From Alphaproteobacteria bacterium (lineage in GTDB: Bacteria > Pseudomonadota > Alphaproteobacteria > MPNO01 > UBA830), in contig OZ219791.1 of assembly GCA_964291215.2 (NCBI GenBank), forward strand, positions 1,472,001 through 1,536,000: 64,000 bases of DNA. The letters run 5' to 3'. The position numbers and the translations under genes were made by a program. The notes beneath the pieces are model-generated. The model searched no databases and had not been told where the DNA came from. It saw only the letters and a program-made list of their open reading frames with translations. Positions 10,512 to 20,575 of the stretch are shown piece by piece. Positions within the stretch are counted from its first letter, which is position 1; each line of letters begins with the position of its first letter.

Positions 10512-10542
10512 ACGGACCTGACCAGCCTGGCGCGCGTATGCC

Positions 10543-11022
10543 ATGAACGCCGCCGCTCCCCAAGAAATCGAGGCCTTTCTGGTCGCCGAGGCGCGCCTGC
10601 TCGACGAGCGCCGGTGGGCCGATTGGCTGGCGCTGTTCGATGACGAGGCCTGGTACTGGGTCCCGATCGAGGAAGGCCAGCCGGATCCGCGGCGGACCGT
10701 GTCGCTGATCTATGACGACCGCCAGCTTCTCGAGACCCGGATACGCCGGCTTGCCAGCGCACAGCCGCACGCCCAGACGCCGCAATCGAGGACCAGCCGC
10801 ATTGTTGCAAACGCGACCGTCGAGAAGGAGGAGGCCGGAACGGTCACCGTACGGTCCAAGTTCGAGATGATCGAATTCCGGCGCGACGCGCAGCGCCTGT
10901 TCGGCGGGACCCAGTGGCACGGCCTGAAGCATGACGGAAGCACGAGTTTCGTCATCACATGGAAGAAAGTCGAACTTGTCAACTGCGATGGCGTGCTTGA
11001 CGGAATCAACATTCCGTTTTAG
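10543..11022 (+). CDS. Aromatic ring-hydroxylating oxygenase, beta subunit
   Basis: EARLLDE...[26 protein letters not shown]. Confidence 0.9.
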   Translation: MNAAAPQEIEAFLVAEARLLDERRWADWLALFDDEAWYWVPIEEGQPDPRRTVSLIYDDRQLLETRIRRLASAQPHAQTPQSRTSRIVANATVEKEEAGTVTVRSKFEMIEFRRDAQRLFGGTQWHGLKHDGSTSFVITWKKVELVNCDGVLDGINIPF

Positions 11023-11066
11023 TTTGCCGCCACATCCGTAGTCCGGTACCCGACCAACAAGGAGAC

Positions 11067-11432
11067 ATGATCATGAAGAAATCAGCCATAGCCACAGCCC
11101 TGCTGACCGGCGTTGCCGTAGCAGCCATGAGCAACCAGGTGGCGGCGAAGCCCAACGACAAGCTGACGCTCGCCGAGGCGGCACCCGCGGCGGTGCAGGC
11201 CGCATTCAAGAAGTGGGTCGGCGGCGAGGCTCTGGGCGACGGACGCAAGGACAAGTGCTACGGGATCTCGCTTGCAGGCCAGAACGACTGCAAGGCCGGC
11301 GCGGGAACCAGCTGCGAAGGCTCGTCGACGGCGGATTTCCAGGGCAATGCCTGGTCCCATGCGCCCGCTGGAAGCTGCAAGTTTATCGTGACCCCCAAGG
11401 GCCCCGGCTCGCTTTCCGAGATCAAGCGCTGA
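11067..11432 (+). CDS. DUF2282 family signal-peptide protein (BufA1-like bufferin precursor)
   Basis: Sec-like signal; four-Cys core [13 protein letters not shown]...SCEG...W...GSC...GSL. Confidence 0.88.
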   Translation: MIMKKSAIATALLTGVAVAAMSNQVAAKPNDKLTLAEAAPAAVQAAFKKWVGGEALGDGRKDKCYGISLAGQNDCKAGAGTSCEGSSTADFQGNAWSHAPAGSCKFIVTPKGPGSLSEIKR

Positions 11433-11481
11433 CGCAATAGCGGAGCGTCCGCGCCATCTCCACCGACCCCGGCCGGACGCC

Positions 11482-12336
11482 GTGGACACGGCCAGTCCAA
11501 TCGGAGCCGGGGTCGGTCTGAAGCCGGCCCACATCGAAAGCGCCCTCGGCCATCGCGAATCCGGGCTCTGGTTCGAGGTCCATACGGAAAACTACATGAT
11601 CGCAGGCGGGCCGCGGCTGGAACAGTTGCGGCAGATCCGCGAGATCTTCCCAGTAAGCCTCCATGGCGTCGGCGCGTCGCTCGGCGGAACGGATCAGCTT
11701 GACCGCCGGCACTTAGCAGCGACGAGGCGACTGGTCGACGAGTTCGAACCCGTCCTCGTATCCGAGCACGCCGTATGGTCGGCGGCCGACGGCATCTGGT
11801 TCGCCGATCTCCTGCCGGTCCCGAGGACCGGCGACGCGCTGCGCCATCTGGCGTCCCGCGTACAGCAATACCAGGAAGCTGTCGGCCGGCAGATCCTGCT
11901 CGAGAATCCGACCAACTATCTCCCGTTTGTCAGCGAGATCGACGAACCTGAGTTCCTCAACGAAGTCGCCACCCGCAGCGGATGCGGGCTGCTCCTCGAC
12001 GTCAACAATATCTTTCTCAGCGCCTGCAATTGCGGCATCGACCCCAAACGGTACATCACGGCGCTGGCTGGCGACCGCATCGGTGAAATTCACATCGCCG
12101 GCTTCGAGCCCGACGAGAATCTCGGCCAAGAACTGCTGATCGACACCCATTCCGCACCGGTGAGCAGCGCGGTGTGGGAGCTTCTAGATTTCGCGCTCAG
12201 GCATCTCGGCCCGAGACCCGTGCTTCTCGAACGCGACAACAAGCTGCCGCCCTGGAACACGCTGATGAACGAGCGACGACGCGCCGCCGACGCGCTCCGC
12301 CGCCTGCGGTCAGCACCGGAAGCGATCCTTGCTTGA
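11482..12336 (+). CDS. DUF692 multinuclear non-heme iron oxidase (MNIO, BufB-like)
   Basis: FEVHTENYM, SLHGVG, SEHAVW, LLENP, LLLDVNN, EIHIAG, IDTH, LLERD. Confidence 0.95.
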   Translation: MDTASPIGAGVGLKPAHIESALGHRESGLWFEVHTENYMIAGGPRLEQLRQIREIFPVSLHGVGASLGGTDQLDRRHLAATRRLVDEFEPVLVSEHAVWSAADGIWFADLLPVPRTGDALRHLASRVQQYQEAVGRQILLENPTNYLPFVSEIDEPEFLNEVATRSGCGLLLDVNNIFLSACNCGIDPKRYITALAGDRIGEIHIAGFEPDENLGQELLIDTHSAPVSSAVWELLDFALRHLGPRPVLLERDNKLPPWNTLMNERRRAADALRRLRSAPEAILA

Positions 12337-13090
12337 AACCTACACCCGGGCCTTTGCCGCCTACATGCGGAGCGGAATTGTGGGCGCACTGTCGGACTAT
12401 TGCGACCCCTGCGCCGATCCTGTCCGGCTCCAAGTCTACCGCAACGGCTTTCTCAAGGCGTGCACGGACGCGCTCAGGGCAAGCTATCCGGCGGTCGAGC
12501 ACATTGTCGGAGAGGACAGCTTTGCGACACTGGCACGCCCCTTCATCGAAACCAAACCACCGCGCACGGCCAGCCTTGTCGGATATGGCAGCGATTTCCC
12601 AACCTTCCTCGCGCAGTCCGCGGAGGTCCACGGACTACCCTACCTTGCTTCGTTCGCCACCCTCGACTGGGCCTGGTTGGAGGTCTATTTCGCCGAGGAT
12701 CCGCCCGTCTCGCCGGATGTTCCGGAGGGCCTTGACGCCGGGGACGACCCGGCGCGCATACTCGAGCGGCGTGGCGGCCTTGCGTCATGGGCGCGGCTGG
12801 TCGCGCTCGACTACGGCGCCCTCGACATATGGATGCGGATCCGGGACGACGAGCTCGACCGCCGGACCAAAATCGCGGCGGAGCCCGAGCACATCCTCGT
12901 CTGGCGCAACGGCATGGAGATCCACCACCGTAGCCTGCCGCCGGCCGAGTACGCGTTTCTTGCCGACCTCGCGGCGGGCTGGCCCTGCGGCGACGCCGCT
13001 ACGTCAGCGCTTGAGGCCGATGTGGAATTCGATCTCGCCAACGCCTTCGCGACGCTGCTTCATCATCAGATCGTGGTGTTCCGAGACTGA
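12329..13090 (+). CDS. DUF2063 family MNIO partner protein (BufC-like)
   Basis: RLQVYRNG, YPAVEHIVGEDSF, YGSDFPTFL, PYL...A.LDWA; overlaps the DUF692 stop. Confidence 0.88.
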   Translation: MLETYTRAFAAYMRSGIVGALSDYCDPCADPVRLQVYRNGFLKACTDALRASYPAVEHIVGEDSFATLARPFIETKPPRTASLVGYGSDFPTFLAQSAEVHGLPYLASFATLDWAWLEVYFAEDPPVSPDVPEGLDAGDDPARILERRGGLASWARLVALDYGALDIWMRIRDDELDRRTKIAAEPEHILVWRNGMEIHHRSLPPAEYAFLADLAAGWPCGDAATSALEADVEFDLANAFATLLHHQIVVFRD

Positions 13091-13231
13091 CGGTCTCCGG
13101 CACCACCAGACGCGGCCCCGGCGGCGTGCGACACTGAAGCCTGCGGCAGGTAGCCGGTCTCGGGGTCCGAACCTGCCGGTTGCACGGCAGCGCCGGTTGT
13201 TCTAGCGTCAGGATCGCAGCGGCGGCGCAAC

Positions 13232-13777
13232 ATGGACAGGAGCAGCGGAGCCATGATCTCGACATATCGAGCGTTGTTCGTTCGCAGTTTCCAGCAACTC
13301 GAACCGCTCTCGCTACTGTGCCTCAGGCTTGCCATAGCGAAGGTGTTCTGGGATTCCGGGGTGACCAAGTGGAACGGTTTTCTCGATTTCAACGCCGGCA
13401 AGTTCGACCTGTTCCTTTACGAGTTCTTCTGTCCGAAGCCGCCGCGGGCAGGAGCGCTGCAGCTCTGCGATCCGAATACCCTTGAGTACACCCAGGGCTC
13501 CTTCATGGTCACCGCCGTCAAGGCGCTGGCGGTGCTGGCAGGGGTGGTCGAAATCGTCCTTCCCATACTGCTCGTGGTCGGGCTCCTGAGCCGCCTGTCC
13601 GCACTCGGGCTTTTCGGTATGACCATCTTCATCCAGCTCGCCGTGTTTCCCAGCTGGGAACATTGGTGGAACCCCGCCGTCTGGTGGGCGGTCATCCTGC
13701 TGCTCCTGATAACGCGCGGGCCCGGCTCCTGGTCCCTCGACCACCTGTTCCGTCTGGAAGGTCATTCGTGGAGGTGA
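13232..13777 (+). CDS. DoxX family membrane protein (BufD-like)
   Basis: RLAIAKVFWDSGVTKW, EIVLPILLVVGLLSR, IQLAVFP, GPGSWSLD. Start could be 13253. Confidence 0.88.
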   Translation: MDRSSGAMISTYRALFVRSFQQLEPLSLLCLRLAIAKVFWDSGVTKWNGFLDFNAGKFDLFLYEFFCPKPPRAGALQLCDPNTLEYTQGSFMVTAVKALAVLAGVVEIVLPILLVVGLLSRLSALGLFGMTIFIQLAVFPSWEHWWNPAVWWAVILLLLITRGPGSWSLDHLFRLEGHSWR

Positions 13778-13799
13778 CCTGGACAGCCGACTGCCTTAA

Positions 13800-15154
13800 C
13801 CCAAGTTGGCACTTTTTGCGTCAGTTGAAGGGGAAATTTATGCGGCAGCCTCACTCGATATACCTTATGTTAGCATTTTCGTGACATTGCCTACTATATT
13901 TACGATTTCCTGTCCGAGATGGCCGGTGTAGTGCCAGAATATTGCCGATTCGCTCGACCCCGCCGCCAAATCCGGTATATCCTCGTCAACACAAAAGGCT
14001 CCAGACAATATGTTCATCAGGGCAACCAAAACCCGCAGCACCGCAGACGGCAAACCCGTTTACCGGCTCGTGCTTTCTCAGCGCACCGACGACAAGGTCA
14101 GGCAGCGCACCCTGCCTCGGTACCGACTGTCCGGTGGCGCGCAAGAACCGGAAGGAGGTTACCGCCGAAGCGCTGCTCCACGGCCACCCGCCACTGTTCG
14201 AAGCCGCGTGCAGGCCGCAGCCGAGAACATCGTCAACAAGGGCCCGGAGGTTCCGCGCCGATGCTCTGGAGGAAGACGCACGCAAATTGCGACCGTCAAC
14301 CTCGACAGCCTCGAGCACGAGAACCCGCGTTCGGTCGGCTGCCTGTGCCTCGAGGCGCGATCTCGGCTTCACGACCTCGGCATCACGGGCCGCGAGTGCG
14401 CTGATCGTCGCCAGGATGATCCGCCAGCGAGCGCTGGCTGCGCGATGACAGCGCGACCGCGGAGCTTCCGGAGCGCAAGGCGCGCAAGACGCCGTACCGA
14501 ATCGGCGACCTGCGTCACCGGGCCGCCATCCGGAAGGAACTGTTCAACCACGAGCGCGCGCTGCATCCCCGACACCATCGCCTTTTACGACCTCACCAAT
14601 GTTCACGGCCGCGCCGACGGCAAGCTCCCCCGCTTCGGGCGCTCGAAGCAGAAGCGCAATGATTGCCCCACGCTGGCGCTCGACGGCGCGGGCTTTCGGT
14701 GCAGTTGCGAGGTCTTGCCGGGCAACGTGGCCGGGCACGGATGCGCTGGCGAGGCTGGAGGCGGGCCCGGCGGCAAAGCCGACGGTAGTCATAGACGCCG
14801 GCACCGAGGCGAACATCGCGTGGCGAGCACGACTGGATCGCGGGCGGCGCCGCCCGAGGGTGGGCCCGAGGCTGATCACCAGCACCAACCACGAGGTGCA
14901 GGCGCCTTGCCAGCGAGGATGGCGCGGCTCCACGTGGTCAGCGAGAGCAGGAAGAGGGCCGAGGACGCCATTCCTGGCTGTAGGGCTTCGAGGCGGCAAA
15001 GTTCCACCTCTCGGCCAAGGGCCGGCGCCACGACAAGGTGCCGGAGAGCGGTCTCAAGCAGCGCTTCTCCACCGTCGCCCGGCACTACGAGATCACTGTC
15101 GAGAAGGCCGGCGCTAACGCAACTGCCGCTTCAGCCATAGGCCGCAATACGACA
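13800..15154 (+). mobile_element. IS1634 family remnant
   Basis: MFIRATKTR...YRLV...KVRQRTL, FYDLTN, RFGRSKQKRNDCP, LALDGAGF, TVVIDAG fragments with many small deletions. Ends approximate. Confidence 0.8.
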
Positions 15155-16756
15155 AGCATCCATGTTTCCTTGCAAGGCTTTCGCGGGTGTCCGCGGTGGT
15201 GTTTTCCGTGGTTGTCCACAGGCGGTCCGGGGTTCCGCCTTGTCGATGTCCTGCGAGCGAGGCGACATGCAGCTTGTGGTCCCGGCGGCGGGTTGCCGTC
15301 CGTTGCTCATGGTCACGTGAGCGCGGCCACCTTGCCGCCCAGCGTCCCCGGGCATGGTAACGTTACCGTGGTCAATGGGGTTCCGGGTGTCCCGTCCGTA
15401 GCCGCGCGGCGGTTCGATGTCCTTGAGAGCCTCAATGTCGGCCTCGACGATGATCTGCAGACGTTCTCCGTAAGCCGTGTCGCGCAGGGAGTCGGGGAGA
15501 CTGTCGAAACTGTCCCGATAGTGCTCCTGCAATGCACCGAGCCACCGCATCGCGCCAGCGTTGCGCACGGGAACGACGGGGCTTTCGGTGGTGGACGGCG
15601 GAGATTTGCGGCGTTCCCGATAACGGCGCTGCTTCTCGGCAGGGGCGAGAGCCATGAGAGTGTCTCCTTCGCTCACTCACCGGTGCTTCGGGCGACCAGC
15701 AGCGCTGCTGTCGCAGCAAGGTGTTCGCCAGCACGTTGCGCATCACGGCGACAATCGCGACCTTGCTTGCCGGCGGTCTCGAGGCGTTCGAACACCAGGT
15801 CCGCGTTGAAGCGTGCCGGTTGCGGCCATGAACAGGAGATCGCGTGGCCTTCTGCGCCCGCCTCGGATGTGTCGGGCACCGTGGCCGTCGGCCATCGGCG
15901 CCATCCCGATCAAGGCTGCCGACGCTGCCGAGTTCGGGCATCCAGAAGGGCGGCGGCGGTCACCGGACCGGGGATCGAGGTCAGGATGCCGTACCTCTGC
16001 TCGGGATCACGGACGATCACCGCTTTGATTGCCGCACCGGCAATCATCGAAATCGGCCGCCGAGGCCCTTGTGACGGTCTCGCCATCCACCTCATCTGCC
16101 ACCTGCCTGGCGTCGACAAGCGCGGCACCAAGAGATCCTCCAGGCTCTTGAGGAAGGCACCCTGAGGAGCTACAGGCTCGAGATCGCACCGTGCCGATCC
16201 TGGCCAGCGTCGACGCGATTGGCCAGATGGCCCAACGCTTCGGCGAAGCCCGCAGCGGGCAGGACAACCTCGAAGCCCCGGTCATGAAGACACTGGTAAA
16301 CCCTGCGGTGATAGCGGCCTGTCGCCTCCATCACCACACGGGTCACCTCGGAGGCTGCGAAGCTACGTGCCCGCCAGCTCGTGGCGTCGTTCGCAAAACG
16401 ACGCGCTGCCGCACGGACTGGCCTTGCTGACCCCTGCTACTACCTTGACCATTGTCCCTTGCTCCTCGTCTCATGATGATACGGCTTAAACTCGGGCATC
16501 CATTCAGGACGCAAGGGACGCCAAGGGAGGTTGGTCGACCACGCTCGGGAACGGCTCTGCAAGGCCAAGGCGGAAACGGCAACCTTCGCGGAGATCGTTT
16601 GATCCCCGCACCCCTGTGCATGCTCGCACAGGGAAGCGGAATCTCTCTGCAACCATAGACCGGGCACCCTCCCACAGTCGAGGTTATCCACATTTTCCCG
16701 CCCCCGACCGCTGTGGGTGATTGCATCATCACTGGGACAAAACCTGGTCATATAAG
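15155..16756 (-). mobile_element. IS110 family element copy A (degraded) with internal passenger ORF
   Basis: MEATGRYH, ILTSIPG, WMPELG, KVAIVAVMR fragments; CT core at both ends on the minus strand; homologous end to end to 24753-26094. Confidence 0.85.
15380..15655 (-). pseudogene. Small passenger ORF inside IS110 copy A
   Basis: SD GAAGGAG then MALAPAEKQRRYRERRK...LPDSLRDTAYGERLQIIVEADIEALKDIEPPRGYGRD; a second eroded copy at about 25775-25905. Confidence 0.6.
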
Positions 16757-16928
16757 GCGGAAAACCTGAGCATGATTGCCGAGCCGGGTGTCGGGAAGGG
16801 ACGACATCTTCAACGCCGAGATCCCTCCCGCCTGCCAGCGCGACCTGTGGGCGGGCAAATCCGGCTCCTTGGCCGAACGCTGCGATGGCTGCTATCCTGG
16901 CGACAGACAAAAGCCGAAGGAGCAACAG

Positions 16929-17732
16929 GTGCAGGTCGACATAGGCAACCACACGCTCAACTGTGAAATAAGCGGCTCCGACGGTGCCCCCTGGATGATG
17001 TTCAGCCACGCGCTCGGCAACAACCTCAATCTCTGGAACGACCAGGTGTCCCTGCTGCAGGACCAATTCCGGATCCTGCGTTATGACCAGCGCGGCCACG
17101 GCAGATCGGACGCGCCTCCCGGTCCGTATTCCTTCGCCGACCTCATGGCCGACGCCGTGGCGCTTCTCGATCATTTCGACATAGACAAAACCCACTGGGT
17201 CGGACTCTCGATCGGCGGCATGCTCGGCTACGGCCTCGCCCAGGAACACGGAAACCGGCTGCTGTCGCTGACCGCCTGCGCCGCCCGGCCCGACGCGCCG
17301 CCCGACTACGCCGGCTATTTCCAGTATCGTATTGACACCGTCCGCGCCAGCGGGATGGAGGGTATCGTCGAGCCGACGATCGAGCGGTGGTTCACGCCGG
17401 CGACCCGCCAGCAGAACCCGTCCTCACTGGACGACATCCGCGCGGCGCTCCGCGCCACCAGCCCGGCCGGGCACGAGGGGTGCTGCGAAGCCCTGAAACG
17501 CCTCGCCTTCGGAGCCGGCCTCGCGAGGATCAGCGTGCCGACATTGATCATCGGCGGCGCCGAGGACAAGGGCGCGCCACCCGAAATTCTTGCCGAGGCT
17601 GCCAAGGCCATACCGGACTGCCGCCATGTCGTGGTACCACGCGCAGGACACATCTCCAACATAGAGAACCCCGCAAGTTTCAACGAGGCGCTCGAAGGGT
17701 TCCTCTCGGAAGTGACGATGGTTGCGGCCTGA
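16929..17732 (+). CDS. Alpha/beta hydrolase, 3-oxoadipate enol-lactonase (PcaD)-like
   Basis: YDQRGHGRS, GLSIGG nucleophile elbow, AGHISNIE; SD AAGGAG before GTG 16929. Confidence 0.87.
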   Translation: MQVDIGNHTLNCEISGSDGAPWMMFSHALGNNLNLWNDQVSLLQDQFRILRYDQRGHGRSDAPPGPYSFADLMADAVALLDHFDIDKTHWVGLSIGGMLGYGLAQEHGNRLLSLTACAARPDAPPDYAGYFQYRIDTVRASGMEGIVEPTIERWFTPATRQQNPSSLDDIRAALRATSPAGHEGCCEALKRLAFGAGLARISVPTLIIGGAEDKGAPPEILAEAAKAIPDCRHVVVPRAGHISNIENPASFNEALEGFLSEVTMVAA

Positions 17733-17736
17733 AGCC

Positions 17737-18252
17737 ATGACAGCACCCGCCGGCCCGCGCGGCGCCGAAATCATCGATGCATTGAAATCGGCACACGTAA
17801 CGCATGTCGCCGCCCTTCCCGACATCACGACCAGCGCCGGGCTGCTGTGGCCGCTGTCAAGGGATCGCGACCTAAATCTCATCCGCCTCAGCAAGGAAGA
17901 CGAGGGCGTCTCGATCTGCGCGGGACTGGCCTTCTGCGATCGGCGCGCCGTGTTGCTCATGCAGCAGACCGGGCTCATGGATTCGCTCAATGCGGTGCGC
18001 GCAATCGCGGTGGAATACGGCCAGCCGGTCTGCATGCTGGTCGGCCTCCTCGGCAAGGAACCCGATCGCGCGCCGCAGGATTCGGAGAGTTACGGCGTGC
18101 GGATCATAGAACCGGTCCTCGACGCCATGGGCATCGACCGTCTGCTGATCGAGAGTTCGGACGACATCGCCCGCCTGGCGCCCGCCATCGACCGCGCCTA
18201 TGCCGAATCGCGCCCTGTGGCGGCACTGATCGGAAGGACCGTCAGGGAATGA
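17737..18252 (+). CDS. ThDP-dependent decarboxylase N-terminal subunit (ComD-like)
   Basis: KEDEGVSICAG, LLMQQTG...SLNA; coupled to the next gene by an ATGA overlap. Confidence 0.8.
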   Translation: MTAPAGPRGAEIIDALKSAHVTHVAALPDITTSAGLLWPLSRDRDLNLIRLSKEDEGVSICAGLAFCDRRAVLLMQQTGLMDSLNAVRAIAVEYGQPVCMLVGLLGKEPDRAPQDSESYGVRIIEPVLDAMGIDRLLIESSDDIARLAPAIDRAYAESRPVAALIGRTVRE

Positions 18253-18845
18253 TGCAGCGCAGGGCCTGTTTCGAGAAGATTGCCGAAATGCGCAATGGCG
18301 CCGTCGTGGTCCCAACCTATTCGTCGGCATTCGAATGGCACCGGGTCGACCCCAATCCGCTGAATTTCGTGAGCGTCGGTGCCATGGGTCAGGCCTCCTC
18401 GCACGCCCTGGGGCTCGCGCTCGGAATGCCACATCACCGGATCATCGTGCTTGATGGCGACGGCAGCCTCCTGATGAACCTTTCCAGCCTCGTGACCGTC
18501 GCCAATGCGGCGCCAGTGAGGCTCGTTCACTTCGTGGTTGAGAACGGCACCTACGAGGCCAACGGTGGCCACCCGATACCGGCGCGCGAACGAATCGACT
18601 TCGCGGGCCTGGCGCGCGCCGCCGGCTACGCGGAAGCCCGCAGCTTCGACGGCCTCAACCGTTTCGCGTCCGAACTGCCGGAACTTCTGGAGATGCCGGG
18701 TCCGGTATTCGCCGCCCTCAGGGTCGAGGCAGGAGACGCGCCGCAACTCGCATACGACTATGCATGGCTGCACAGCCCGGACCGCAGGCGGGAGTTCAGG
18801 GACGCAATCAGGCCCATCCTCGCGGCCGGGGCCGCAAGGACCTGA
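18249..18845 (+). CDS. ThDP-dependent decarboxylase C-terminal subunit (ComE-like)
   Basis: GAMGQASS, LDGDGSLLMN...ENG ThDP-binding motif. Confidence 0.82.
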   Translation: MMQRRACFEKIAEMRNGAVVVPTYSSAFEWHRVDPNPLNFVSVGAMGQASSHALGLALGMPHHRIIVLDGDGSLLMNLSSLVTVANAAPVRLVHFVVENGTYEANGGHPIPARERIDFAGLARAAGYAEARSFDGLNRFASELPELLEMPGPVFAALRVEAGDAPQLAYDYAWLHSPDRRREFRDAIRPILAAGAART

Positions 18846-18862
18846 AGATTCCGCGAACGCAG

Positions 18863-19720
18863 TCAGCCTTTTCTGGCGCCCTCGCGTTCCGCGAAGTCGA
18901 AATAGAGATCCCGCGCCAACGTGGCGATCGGACCGATCTGGTAGTCGCTGTCGGCGACCCGCACCACGGGCAAGATCTTGGAGTAGTTTCCGGTGAGAAA
19001 CACTTCATCGGCGTCGAACAAATCGTCAAGCGCGAGCGTCGCCTCCTCGACCGGCGTGCCGGCATCCGACAGGAGTTCGATCACCCTCCGGCGGGTCAGG
19101 CCCGAAAGAAAGCAGCCATTGGCGGCCGGAGTCTTTGCAACCCCGTCCTTGGCAAGAAACAAGTTGTTGACAGCGAACTCCGCGACGTTGCCCAGCGCAT
19201 CGAGGACCACGGCGGTGTTGAATCCCTTCTCCTTGGCTTCCCGCAGGGCTCGGCCAACGTTCGGATAGAGGCACGACGCCTTGGCGTTGGTGGGGGCGGT
19301 CTCCGGTGTCGGACGCCTGTAGCTTGAGACGCATGCGGTCACACCGTGCCACATGGGAAGCGGAGCATCGAATATGGTCAGGATGAAACGTGAGGACGCG
19401 GGATCCGGCGTGATGAAGCCGTCCTCGAAATACATCAGGGGGCGAACATAGAGTTCGGCGTCTTTCGGGAACCGCTCGATTCCCTCCCAGGAGAGCGCAA
19501 CCATCTCCTCGGCGGACATCGGCACGTTCATGTGAAACGTCCGCGCCGATTCCATCATCCGCGCACAGTGCCGGTCGAGATCGGGAGCCAAGCGCCGGAA
19601 TGCGCGGGCGCCATCGAAGACAGACGACGCCATCCACCACGAATGACTCATCGGCCCAAGGAGGGGCGGGTTGCCCTCGATCCACTCCCCGTCGATCCAG
19701 GTGATCGTCCCGAGACTCAT
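18863..19720 (-). CDS. Branched-chain amino acid aminotransferase (class IV)
   Basis: SSVFDGARAF, NAKASCLYPN, FLSGLTR, DEVFLTGN. Confidence 0.9.
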   Translation of the reverse strand: MSLGTITWIDGEWIEGNPPLLGPMSHSWWMASSVFDGARAFRRLAPDLDRHCARMMESARTFHMNVPMSAEEMVALSWEGIERFPKDAELYVRPLMYFEDGFITPDPASSRFILTIFDAPLPMWHGVTACVSSYRRPTPETAPTNAKASCLYPNVGRALREAKEKGFNTAVVLDALGNVAEFAVNNLFLAKDGVAKTPAANGCFLSGLTRRRVIELLSDAGTPVEEATLALDDLFDADEVFLTGNYSKILPVVRVADSDYQIGPIATLARDLYFDFAEREGARKG

Positions 19721-20184
19721 TGCGCTGCCATCTCCGCAGGCATGTTCGGGGAGGCTCGGTCGTCAAGACAGGCCCTGGCGTAGGAGTGAATCCGCAGTAC
19801 CATCGCTTGGAGTCCGTTAGCGCGGCTGCCGCTCAGATGGGAGCCGAGTTCGAGAATCTCGAAGAATGCTGCCGACGTGTCGATGATTTCCCGGGGCGTA
19901 CGGTCCGAATAGACCCGCAGCAGGAGCGCGATCAGGCCGCGGACGATGGTCGCGTCCGAATCGGCGGCAAAATGGACATGTCCGTCACGGCACCAGGCAT
20001 GCAGCCAGACTCGGGACTGGCAGCCCGGCACCAGATGGGCGTCGTCCTTGAGGCCGTCAGGCAAGTCGTGGAGATTCCGCCCCATCTCGATGATGTACTC
20101 ATAGCGCTGAATCCAGTCGTCAAAGAAGGCGAATTCCTCAACGATGTCCTGTTTCGTGCGCTCGATGGCAGACAGGTCCGTCAT
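19717..20184 (-). CDS. sufE: SufE family Fe-S assembly protein
   Basis: DW..RYEYII..G, VPGCQSRVW, DSDATIVRGL, SRANGL. Confidence 0.92.
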   Translation of the reverse strand: MTDLSAIERTKQDIVEEFAFFDDWIQRYEYIIEMGRNLHDLPDGLKDDAHLVPGCQSRVWLHAWCRDGHVHFAADSDATIVRGLIALLLRVYSDRTPREIIDTSAAFFEILELGSHLSGSRANGLQAMVLRIHSYARACLDDRASPNMPAEMAAQ

Positions 20185-20238
20185 GGCTAGGGATATAGCG
20201 GGTTTCTCGACGCAATGAAACCGGCCCGGGCATTTGCC

Positions 20239-20431
20239 CACGACGATCCCATGCTAATTCAGAGACGCGAAATCCGAATGCGTTGGGGCTCGGCTCATCA
20301 CAGATCGCCTCTTTGATCGCAATTTTCGTGCCAAGAAGGCCCCATCGAGCCTTGGCGGCACGATTGCAGTGCGACGCAAACTGAGAAAATCTCGCCAGTC
20401 GTCGCCGGATTAGCAGCGTGGGATCACCGTG
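20239..20431. mobile_element. ISAs1-type MITE (~190 bp), copy 1
   Basis: Ends CACGACGATCCCATGCT / AGCGTGGGATCACCGTG; 9-bp TSD GCATTTGCC at 20230-20238 and 20432-20440. Confidence 0.88.
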
Positions 20432-20439
20432 GCATTTGC

Positions 20440-20572
20440 CACGCGGCAGTCAATTTTGCTGTGTGCTGCTCACCGGAGGTTTCACAGGCCCGTTTTTCCG
20501 GGTTTTCTGGCTTTGGGGCCGTCAGGCGGCGCCACCGCGCCCGACAGCGCCTGCGGGCGCGACAGCAGCCTG
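20440..20572 (-). mobile_element. Internally deleted ISAs1 remnant
   Basis: Joins sequence matching about 60305-60385 directly to sequence matching about 61404-61445 of the larger ISAs1 remnant. Confidence 0.65.
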
Positions 20573-20575
20573 CGC

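Noticed and set aside
9150-10544. Long antisense ORFs (this one, 2501-3517, 27479-28666, 56247-57533 and others)
   Set aside because: Shadow frames of real genes in high-GC DNA with no recognisable motifs.
13850-13880. dif-like site (TTATGTTAG)
   Set aside because: Only a partial XerD arm, no XerC arm, and it lies within an AT-rich IS1634 end.
16757-16915. Coding-like fragment between IS110 and the hydrolase
   Set aside because: Too short and degenerate to assign; the hydrolase has its own SD at 16929.
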